A DNA stretch of 64,000 nucleotides from an uncultured Acidobacteriota bacterium (GTDB lineage: Bacteria > Acidobacteriota > Vicinamibacteria > Vicinamibacterales > UBA2999), in contig OY970174.1 in assembly GCA_963707795.1 (NCBI GenBank), forward strand, positions 2,906,206 to 2,970,205, given 5' to 3'. The translations under genes and the position numbers were made by a program. This document shows positions 42,062 to 49,822 of the stretch, in pieces. Each line of letters starts with the position of its first letter. The first letter of the stretch is position 1. The notes under the pieces are model-generated. The model made no database searches. It was not told the origin of the DNA and was given only the letters and a program-made list of their open reading frames with translations.

Positions 42062-43255
42062 TCATGAGGTAGCGACGGCCGCGCGCGCGCGGCCGCGAAG
42101 CGCCAGCGTCAGGCGCACGGTGGTGCCGCTGCCGGGCGCCGAGACGATCGAGAGCGTGGCGCCGATGCGCTGCGCCCGGCGCTGCATGTTCACGAGACCG
42201 TTTCCGTCGGACGCCCGCTGCGGGTCGAAGCCGATGCCGTCGTCGGCGATGCGCAGGTCGAGCGCTCGTCTGGTACTGCGCACCGTAATGGCGAGGTGAC
42301 GGCAGTGGGCATGGCGGGCGGCATTGTTGACGGCTTCCTTGAAAATCAGGAACACATCCCGCCGAAGGTCCATCGCCACCGGCGGGGCGAGCCCGGCGTC
42401 GCTGACATCGAATCCGAGCGCCAGCGCCGCATCGGTCGCCGTCTCCTCGGCGTGGGCGCGCATCTTGCGCACGACGTCGACCAGGCGGTCCCGCTCGGGA
42501 TCGATCGCCCAGACGATGTCGCTCATCCCACTGACCGACTCGCGGGCAATGTGCGCGATGGCGCTCAGCTGCGCCGCGACCGCGGGCGACGGCTTTTGTC
42601 GGCGTATCAGCTCGCTGAGCACCGCGACGCGGGTCAGGTTCGCGCCGATGTCGTCGTGCAGATCGGTTGCGATACGCGTGCGCATGTTCGCCATCTCCAC
42701 GAGTCGTCGCGTGCGGCGGCGGTACCCGGTGTAGGTCGTCACAATGACCAGGCCGGTCGAGAACAGCAGGAACTCGGCGCGCCGCCAGAACGGCGGCACC
42801 ACCCGGAACGCCACCGTCGCCACTCGGGAGCTGACCATCCCGTCGGCCGCAAGCGCGCGGACAGCGAGGGCGTAGGTGCCCGGGGCGATCCCGACGTAGT
42901 TCACCGCGCCGTGATCGGAGAGGGCCTTCCAGTCGAGGTCCACGCCTTCGAGGCGATATTGGTAGGCGACACCGCTCGACGAGGCGAACCACTGCGGCAC
43001 GAATGCGATGCGAACGGCGTCGCCATGCCGGCCCTGTGCGTGGATGGCCATGGCGCCGGTCAAGCCGGTTGCGGGTGAGATATCTGCGGCAACCGTCGCC
43101 TGGGGATCGAATGTCGTATCCAGCCGGCCGTCAGCCCATAGTCCCACCACTACCACGGACGCAATCACCAGCGTGCCGACCACCACCGGGCGCAGCGATT
43201 GCGCGCGCAATTGGGGGCTTCTGCGTCGACCTGGCGACAGACGGGCCGTGAGCAT
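42062..43255 (-). CDS. Sensor histidine kinase (TM - Y_Y_Y - TM - HisKA_3 - HATPase)
   Basis: YQYRLEGVD.DW...PGTY.L.VRA, PPFW, RIATDLHDDIG, KEAVNNAARHA, DDGIGFD, GNGL.NM. GGAG RBS. Confidence 0.9.
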   Translation of the reverse strand: MLTARLSPGRRRSPQLRAQSLRPVVVGTLVIASVVVVGLWADGRLDTTFDPQATVAADISPATGLTGAMAIHAQGRHGDAVRIAFVPQWFASSSGVAYQYRLEGVDLDWKALSDHGAVNYVGIAPGTYALAVRALAADGMVSSRVATVAFRVVPPFWRRAEFLLFSTGLVIVTTYTGYRRRTRRLVEMANMRTRIATDLHDDIGANLTRVAVLSELIRRQKPSPAVAAQLSAIAHIARESVSGMSDIVWAIDPERDRLVDVVRKMRAHAEETATDAALALGFDVSDAGLAPPVAMDLRRDVFLIFKEAVNNAARHAHCRHLAITVRSTRRALDLRIADDGIGFDPQRASDGNGLVNMQRRAQRIGATLSIVSAPGSGTTVRLTLALRGRARAAVATS

Positions 43256-43372
43256 CGGGGCGTTCTCCGGGCGCGGACCCGACGTACGAGTGCGCGTACT
43301 GGGGAACGCCCGGTTTGAACGGAGAAGCCCTCACGGCCACAGGCGCGCGACCAGGGCGCGCCGAGACCGGAA

Positions 43373-46177
43373 TCAGTGCTGGATCTGCGCGACCCAGCCC
43401 TTGACCTTGTCGAGGAGCGGCCGGTTCTCGGCGGGAATCGAACTTGCCTGGCGCAGCAAACCGTCGTACCCCGCATCGATCAACGGCTCTCCTTCGGCGG
43501 GGCGGCCGAGGGCGGCGAGGGTGGCTCCCAGCATGCTTTGCGCGTAGTAGCGACGCCAGGCATCGGACTTGATGGTCTCGTAGCCGTTCATCGCCTCGGC
43601 GAAATAGGCGTGCGCCGCCTCATGGTCCCGTTGCTCGAACGCGATGTCGCCCAGCGAGACCAGCACGGCCAGCGTATTCACATGCGCCGCTCCGAGCACG
43701 CGCCGGCGGACCTCGAGCACCTGCCGGAACAGCGGGGTTGCTTGCTCCAGCTTGCCCTGCCGCCGGTACGAGTCCGCCAGGTTGTTCATGGTGGCGGCCA
43801 CCAGCGGGTTATCGGCGCCGAGCCGCCGCCGTCTGGCTTCGAGCACTTCGATCAGCAGCGGCTGCGATTGCGCGAACAGACCTTGGGCGTCATACGTGAG
43901 TGCGAGGCTGTTCTGGCTGGTCAGCGTGTCGAGGTGATCGGGACCGAGCGGACGCCGGGCCTCGACGACGGCCTCGAAGACGGTGGCGGCCTCGTCGTAC
44001 TTGCCTTGATGGCGGTAGGCCACACCCAGGCCATTCATCGACGTGAGCGTGCTCGGGTGACCGGGGCCGAGGACGCGCTGCTTGACCGTGACGAGCCGCC
44101 GGTAGACGGCCACTGCCTCGTCGAATCTGCCGAAATCGACGGCCATGGCGGCGAGATTGTTCATCACGGACAGCGTGTCGGCGTGTTCCTCGCCCAGTGT
44201 CTGGCGTTGCACCCGCAAGACCTCGGTCAACAGTTGCAGGGCCTGGTCGCCACGCCGCAGGGTGTGGGACACCCCGGCGAGGTCGGCCATGACGGCCAGC
44301 GTGTCACGATGCCTCGCGCCGAGCAGACGCTTCGTACCCTCCAGCGCGTCGATGAGTAACGCCTCCCGGCGCTCGTACTGAGCCAGGTGACCGTAGTTGT
44401 TGGCCAGGTCCGTCAGGCTGGTCAGCGTGTCGCGATTGTCGCTCCCGAGCACGCGCCTGCGGATGTCCAACGCGCGTTCCAGGTGCGGCATTGCCTCGGC
44501 GTGAAGTCCCATGCCGCCATAAGTGCGGCCGATCGTCTGGTGCATCGCGGCTTCGACGGCCGGTTCGCGATCGAATCGGCCGGGCAGACGCGCGGCCGCG
44601 CGATCGAGCGCGGCCCTGACGGTCAGATTCGGATCCGGCGTCAGGTTCTGCGCCGCCTGCTGTCGTGTGCTGGCCTGGTTGAGCAGGTCGTCCTGCAAGA
44701 ACGCGGTGGTGGCGGTCGCGATCGCCGCCTGCCGATCGGCCCGGCGCGCGGCTTCGAGGGCGCTGTTGCGTTCCTGCTCGGCACGGATCCGCTCGCGCGT
44801 CGCGCTCTCTTCCGCGCGCAGGGCCCGGTCGCGCTCGTCGGTCGCCCGCCGTTCCGCGGCTGTCGCCCGGTCGCGCTCGTCGGTCGCACGGAGTTCGGCG
44901 GACGTTGCGCGATCGCGGGCGAGCAGGGCGGTTTGTTCCGCCCGATCGGCGCGCACCGCTTCCCAGGACGTCGCGGCGATGCCCGCGACGAGAGTGGCGA
45001 AGACCACGGCCGCGGCGCTGACCGCCAGCCGGTGCCGGCGGACGAAGCGAGCCGTGCGATACGGCACGCTCGCCTGGCGCGCGACGATCGGGAGCCGATC
45101 GAGGTGGCGGCGAATATCCTCCGCCAACTGCTCCACCGACTGATAGCGCCGCTGGCGATCGCGCGCCAGCGCCGTCAGGACGATGGTATCGAGGTCGCCG
45201 CGGAGGCGACGGCGCAGACGATCATCGCCCTGCCTACACGTGGTGCTGGGCTTCGGCGGATCCACGGTGGTAATGAGGCGAGCAACATCGGCCGGCGTGC
45301 GCGTCTCGAACGCGAACGGCCCGCGGCCGGCCAGCAGCTCGTACAACAACACGCCCAGCGAATAGACGTCGCTGAGCGCGTCGGCCCGCTGGCCCATCAG
45401 CTGCTCGGGGCTGGCATATTCCGGCGTGAGCGCGCGAAACGCCGCGGCGGTGACCAGCGTCTCGCCGCTACTGGCTGCATGCATGATTCTCGCGATGCCG
45501 AAGTCGAGCAGCTTCGGGACGGCGTCGCGCGAGACGAGGATGTTCGAGGGCTTGATGTCTCGATGCACCACCAGCCGCTGATGCGCATACGAGACCGCCG
45601 CACACACACGCACGAACAGCTCGAGCCGGTCATCGACCCCGAGCTGCCGTTCCTCGCAGTACTGGTGAATCGGCTGTCCGTCCACGTACTCGATCACGAA
45701 GTACGGCCGTCCGTCGGCCGACGTCCCGCCATCCAGCAGCCGCGCGATGTTCGGGTGTTCGAGATCGGCGAGGATCTGGCGCTCGTCGCGGAACTGACGT
45801 AACACGGCGTCGGTGTCCATGCCGCGTTTGATCAGCTTGATCGCCACCTGCTTGTGGAACTGCTCGTCGGCGCGATCGGCGAGATAGACGGCTCCCATCC
45901 CGCCGCGGCCCAACTCACGCACGATGCGATACGGCCCGATCAACGTGCCGGCGGGCACGGCGTCGGACGCCGCCAGCAGCCGGAGTGCGCTGGCGGCAAT
46001 CGGCTCGTGCAAGAACGCGTGCGCGCTGTCGTGCGCCCGAAGAAGCCGCTCGACCGCGGCCGCCAGCGGCTCGTTGCCCGCACATTGCGCGTCGAGAAAT
46101 GCCCGTCGATCGCCGGCGTTCTGCGCCAGGGCCGCGTGGAAGAGATCGTTGATGGCACGCCAGTCGTTCGCGTTCAT
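43373..46177 (-). CDS. Hanks-type Ser/Thr kinase with TM, coiled coil and TPR array
   Basis: GRGGMG, VAIK, HRDIKPSN, DFG, TPEYASPE; 42-aa TPRs (LG.xH.DTL..MNNLA). Confidence 0.95.
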   Translation of the reverse strand: MNANDWRAINDLFHAALAQNAGDRRAFLDAQCAGNEPLAAAVERLLRAHDSAHAFLHEPIAASALRLLAASDAVPAGTLIGPYRIVRELGRGGMGAVYLADRADEQFHKQVAIKLIKRGMDTDAVLRQFRDERQILADLEHPNIARLLDGGTSADGRPYFVIEYVDGQPIHQYCEERQLGVDDRLELFVRVCAAVSYAHQRLVVHRDIKPSNILVSRDAVPKLLDFGIARIMHAASSGETLVTAAAFRALTPEYASPEQLMGQRADALSDVYSLGVLLYELLAGRGPFAFETRTPADVARLITTVDPPKPSTTCRQGDDRLRRRLRGDLDTIVLTALARDRQRRYQSVEQLAEDIRRHLDRLPIVARQASVPYRTARFVRRHRLAVSAAAVVFATLVAGIAATSWEAVRADRAEQTALLARDRATSAELRATDERDRATAAERRATDERDRALRAEESATRERIRAEQERNSALEAARRADRQAAIATATTAFLQDDLLNQASTRQQAAQNLTPDPNLTVRAALDRAAARLPGRFDREPAVEAAMHQTIGRTYGGMGLHAEAMPHLERALDIRRRVLGSDNRDTLTSLTDLANNYGHLAQYERREALLIDALEGTKRLLGARHRDTLAVMADLAGVSHTLRRGDQALQLLTEVLRVQRQTLGEEHADTLSVMNNLAAMAVDFGRFDEAVAVYRRLVTVKQRVLGPGHPSTLTSMNGLGVAYRHQGKYDEAATVFEAVVEARRPLGPDHLDTLTSQNSLALTYDAQGLFAQSQPLLIEVLEARRRRLGADNPLVAATMNNLADSYRRQGKLEQATPLFRQVLEVRRRVLGAAHVNTLAVLVSLGDIAFEQRDHEAAHAYFAEAMNGYETIKSDAWRRYYAQSMLGATLAALGRPAEGEPLIDAGYDGLLRQASSIPAENRPLLDKVKGWVAQIQH

Positions 46178-46755
46178 GACGCCGTTCCCAGGTCCGCCGC
46201 ATTGATCGCGTCGTACAGCCATGCGCGCGCGAAGCTCCATTCGCGCTCGATCGTCGCCGGCGACAGCTGCAGCACTTCGGCCATCTCTTCGGTAGTGAGA
46301 CCACCGAAGAACTTCAGCTCCACGATGCGGCCTTTTCGCGCGTCAATCGCCTGCAGGCGATTGAGGGCGTCGTGGACCTCGATGAGGTTCGCCGCCTGAC
46401 GGTCCGGCACGTCGAGGGCGACGGTCAGCGGCACGCGCGCCATCTGGCCGCCGCGTTTGGCCGCCGCGCGCGTGCGCGCGTGGTTCACCAGCACGCGCCG
46501 CATCATGATGGCCGCCAGCCCGATGAACTGCGCACGGTTTCGCCAATCGACCCGGCGCTGATCGATCAGCCGCAGGTAGGCCTCATGGACGAGGGCGGTG
46601 GGCTGCAAGGTGTGATCCGGCCGTTCCTGACGCAGGTACGACCGTGCAATCCGGCGCAGCTCTTCGTAGACGATGGGCGACAGATCGTCCCGCGCCCGGT
46701 CGTGGCCGCTGCCCCAGTCCAAGAGAAGCTCGGTCGCGGCACCCGGTGCGGACAT
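46174..46755 (-). CDS. ECF-type sigma factor, kinase-associated (ECF43/TIGR02999-like)
   Basis: VYEELRRIA, HTLQPTALVHEAYLRL, MRRVLVNHAR..A.KRGG, REWSFARAWL. ATGA overlap with the kinase. Confidence 0.92.
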   Translation of the reverse strand: MSAPGAATELLLDWGSGHDRARDDLSPIVYEELRRIARSYLRQERPDHTLQPTALVHEAYLRLIDQRRVDWRNRAQFIGLAAIMMRRVLVNHARTRAAAKRGGQMARVPLTVALDVPDRQAANLIEVHDALNRLQAIDARKGRIVELKFFGGLTTEEMAEVLQLSPATIEREWSFARAWLYDAINAADLGTAS

Positions 46756-46901
46756 CTCGATCCTGCTGAGCCCTTTTGGGTTGAGTGCCCGAGTCTAGCA
46801 CGGTGGCGCGCAGCGGGCTGCTGGTGCCGGGAATCTCGCGCCGTTCGTGCGTCTTGAGGTGAGGCAAAGGACCGCTCGACGTCCCCGGGCATCGTTTACG
46901 A

Positions 46902-47117
46902 GGTCACCGACACCATCGGCAGCGATCGCTACGACGATTCGCTCTCGGCGGAGCGGGCGGCTGCCGTCAGGCGGCGCTGGTGCGGGACCTCGGCGTCGAC
47001 GCGGCCAGGCTCTCGATGGTCGGGTACGGGGAGAGCCGGCTGATCGAACGCAGCGACACCCTGGCCGGCAGGGCGCGCAACCGCCGCGTCGAGCTGGTGG
47101 GCGCCGGCGGCCAGTGA
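46902..47117 (+). pseudogene. Orphan OmpA-C domain remnant
   Basis: With two frame corrections it reads GH(T)DTIGSDRYDDSLSAERAAAVR.ALVRDLGVDAARLSMVGYGESRL...GRARNRRVELV. No N-terminal part is present. Confidence 0.78.
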
Positions 47118-47121
47118 AGAC

Positions 47122-47610
47122 TCACTTCAACTTCGGGATGATCGCGTTCGCCAGCGCGATCGTGTTCGGCTTCATCTGTTCGGCCGTGCCCTGGAACGGC
47201 ACGCCCATCTGGATGGTGAACGTGCGCGCACCGGTATAACCGATCAACTCGGCGAAGAGGTTTCTGTTGTTGTGGAAGTACGCACGATCGCCGACTCCTG
47301 GCACAGGCACCCAGTCCTTCTTCTGCTTCGCGGTCTGGTCGATGAAGGCCGGCGAGAACGCGTCGATCTGCAGCCTGATGTCGGCATAGTCACAGGCGGA
47401 GCCGGACGTGCCGACCGGCTCCTCCTGCGGCGGCATGTCGAGAACGAGCTTGTTCACCGCCCCGGAGACCTTCATCACGAGGTCTTTCGGCAGCAGCGAG
47501 CACGCACCGAGGGGTTGCGTGGCGGTCTGCGCCACCGCGCCCGCGTCGAGCCTCACCGCATCGAACGCGAGCACGGAGATGATGAGCAGTGACATGGCGA
47601 TGTGCCGCAT
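47122..47610 (-). CDS. Secreted DUF3558-like protein
   Basis: AGGAG RBS, signal peptide, ACSLLPKDLV, SACDY, PVPGVGDRAY. Confidence 0.75.
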   Translation of the reverse strand: MRHIAMSLLIISVLAFDAVRLDAGAVAQTATQPLGACSLLPKDLVMKVSGAVNKLVLDMPPQEEPVGTSGSACDYADIRLQIDAFSPAFIDQTAKQKKDWVPVPGVGDRAYFHNNRNLFAELIGYTGARTFTIQMGVPFQGTAEQMKPNTIALANAIIPKLK

Positions 47611-47796
47611 GATTCGTTCTCCTACGCGCCTGGGTGTATTCCGCGGTTCACAGGACGAGCGCACTCTGCCAGGACGCAGCGCGTCGAAGGCTGGCAACGA
47701 CATCACCTACGTCGCGACACTCATCCGCGTCGGCCGCGTTGATGTCTATCCTGCCTGCGATGATCGGTTTCCACGGACGGGTAGACGCGTCACCCC

Positions 47797-48864
47797 TCAC
47801 TGTCTGGTCAGCTCGACACGCCGGTTCTGCGCCCGACCCTCCGGGGTGTCGTTCGACCCCTTCGGCGACGCCTCACCCTTGCCACCGGTCGACAGGCGCC
47901 CGGGTACGACCTTGAACCGCGCGACCAATGCGTCGCGCACCGCCGCGGCACGCTGCTGCGACAGCTCCAGGTTCGCCGACTCGCTCCCGATGCCATCGGT
48001 GTGCCCGTCGATGCGCAACTTCCACTCCGGGTTGCGTTGCAGCGCGTCGGCAATTTCCTGCAGCACCCGTTCCGATTCAGGGCGGATGGCCGCGCTGGCG
48101 AAACCGAAATAGATGCCGTAGACCTCGGTGGTACGTCGCTCGCTGAGATCGCGTTCGAGGCTCTCGGCCACCGGAAAATCCAGCTTCAGAATCTTCGAAT
48201 TGCGGGTCTCGTCCCGCCACCGGAGGATGATCGGGTTGTCGGGATCATCGAGGACGTAGATGTCGGCGCGGCGCGTCAGGGCGCCGTTGCCGACCTCCGC
48301 GCGAGCGTGGATCGCCGGCAGCTCCACGACGCGTCCATTGACGAGCACGGGCACGGCCACGGGCGTCGTTTCGATGCGACTGACTGTCCCGTTCAACGAC
48401 TGCACAGCGGTTTGATCGCGTGTCGCGGCCGAGGTCGCGACCAGCAGCGTCAGTGCCGCTCGGCCGTCGCGCCGCAGGTCGTCGATGACGGCACCGGAGA
48501 AGAACGGCGTCGTCCCGGGAAAGGCCTCCGGATCGTCCTCGCCGTACCAGTTGCGCATCGTACGGGCGGTGCGCTGGTCGTGCATCAGGACTCTGCGCAC
48601 CGCAGTGGCCGATTGCGTACCGCCCGACGGATCCGGCGCTTCGAAGGAGAACGTCAGGCGGTAAGCTTCCGGCGTGACGGATTGCACTCTGAGGATGACC
48701 TCGGCGTCGCCGGCGGCATGGCTGACGGCACCAATGATCGTCAGCCCGGCGACCAGCGGCACACGCACGGGCTCGCGCCCTTGCCCTGACACCGCAGTAC
48801 AGCAGATGCCGAATCCAGTCAGGCCAGCCGCCAGACTACGCGCGACGCGCGAACGAATGTGCAT
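47797..48864 (-). CDS. Exported OmpA-C domain protein, paralogue of 39186..40490
   Basis: Signal peptide; YGIYFGFAS, IDGHTDGIG, LSQQRAAAV, GRAQNRRVEL. Confidence 0.88.
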   Translation of the reverse strand: MHIRSRVARSLAAGLTGFGICCTAVSGQGREPVRVPLVAGLTIIGAVSHAAGDAEVILRVQSVTPEAYRLTFSFEAPDPSGGTQSATAVRRVLMHDQRTARTMRNWYGEDDPEAFPGTTPFFSGAVIDDLRRDGRAALTLLVATSAATRDQTAVQSLNGTVSRIETTPVAVPVLVNGRVVELPAIHARAEVGNGALTRRADIYVLDDPDNPIILRWRDETRNSKILKLDFPVAESLERDLSERRTTEVYGIYFGFASAAIRPESERVLQEIADALQRNPEWKLRIDGHTDGIGSESANLELSQQRAAAVRDALVARFKVVPGRLSTGGKGEASPKGSNDTPEGRAQNRRVELTRQ

Positions 48865-48921
48865 CTGGCTGGGGCCTCGAACAGAGCCGTATCTGTAGCA
48901 CCCGCCGCGTCGGCCTCACAA

Positions 48922-48980
48922 CTACCCGGAAGGGTAGGTGACGCGGCCGGCGGACCGATGGCCTACTCAGGCGGGTAGTT
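48922..48980. promoter_or_regulatory. Second pair of palindromic operator boxes in a divergent promoter
   Basis: CTACCC-GGAA-GGGTAG (48922-48937) and CTACTC-AGGC-GGGTAG-TT (48963-48980); -10-like TACCAT at 49003. Confidence 0.8.
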
Positions 48981-49019
48981 ACGTTGCGGTCGGCCGGCGA
49001 TCTACCATCCCAACCGTCA

Positions 49020-49711
49020 ATGCTCAGCGCAGCCTCGGTGCTCGCGGCGATGGTGATGGTGCTGCTGGCGAACACGCCGGCGCACCCGAGCCGTGCGGCC
49101 AAGCAGACCGTCCAGCCGCGGAGAAGACGGGGATTGCCGAGTGCGACGAGTACGTCGTCATGGCCTCGGCGTGTCTGCCGCGCATGTGCGAGGTGGAACG
49201 GGGGCTGAGCGAGCTCGAACTGTCGCTCCATCGGGAGATGCTGGCGAAGACGGTCGAGCTCAAGGGCCGCGACGAAGCCGCGAAGGCGTGCGCGCGGGAT
49301 ATCGTCGGGCTGCTGCAGGACGACCCGTATGGCTGCTACGACGCGGAGCGCGCCAGGCGGGGCATGCCGGCCGCCGGCATTCAGGACGTGCAGGTCCGTC
49401 CGCAAGCCACCAGCGTGACGATCTCGTTTCGGGCGGGTCCGCCGGCCTCAGGCGACGGGCCCTGGGAGGTCGCCATCGTCCTCGAGGACCTCGAGCCTCT
49501 TGTCCAGTACGTCCCGATGCGAACCGGCAACGCCTTCGTGGTCAATACCGCCGGCGACCGGCCCGTGACCACCGTGAGCGAAGCGACCGGACAGCCATCG
49601 AACACACCGCAGCCGATCCGCCTCGACGCTGGCGTGCCGTATTGCTTCACGATCAAATCGGCGGGCGGCGAGGAACGCCGGGGGCACTTCACGACCCTGC
49701 GCGCGCAGTAG
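49020..49711 (+). CDS. Hypothetical exported Cys-containing protein (probable frameshift at ~49115)
   Basis: Signal peptide MLSAASVLAAMVMVLLA lies in one frame. The body KTGIAECDEY..C..C..C..C plus a beta-rich C-domain lies in another. Confidence 0.55.
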
Positions 49712-49822
49712 GTATCCCCCGCCCGGCAACAACAACTGCCGCGCCGTACTGGCCGGCACGACAACGCCGCGGGGCGGGCTGTCCTGCCCCCGAGATGGTC
49801 GTGCTTCCGCGTGGACGGGCCA

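Noticed and set aside
39087-48980. Palindromic boxes or heptamer arrays as CRISPR repeats
   Set aside because: They are too short, dispersed or spacer-less, there is no regular repeat-spacer period, and no cas genes are present.
37869-49822. The accessory block as an active mobile element or T6SS locus
   Set aside because: I saw no integrase, transposase, tRNA target or flanking direct repeats, and no Tss/VgrG/Hcp genes. OmpA-C and ECF43 alone are insufficient.
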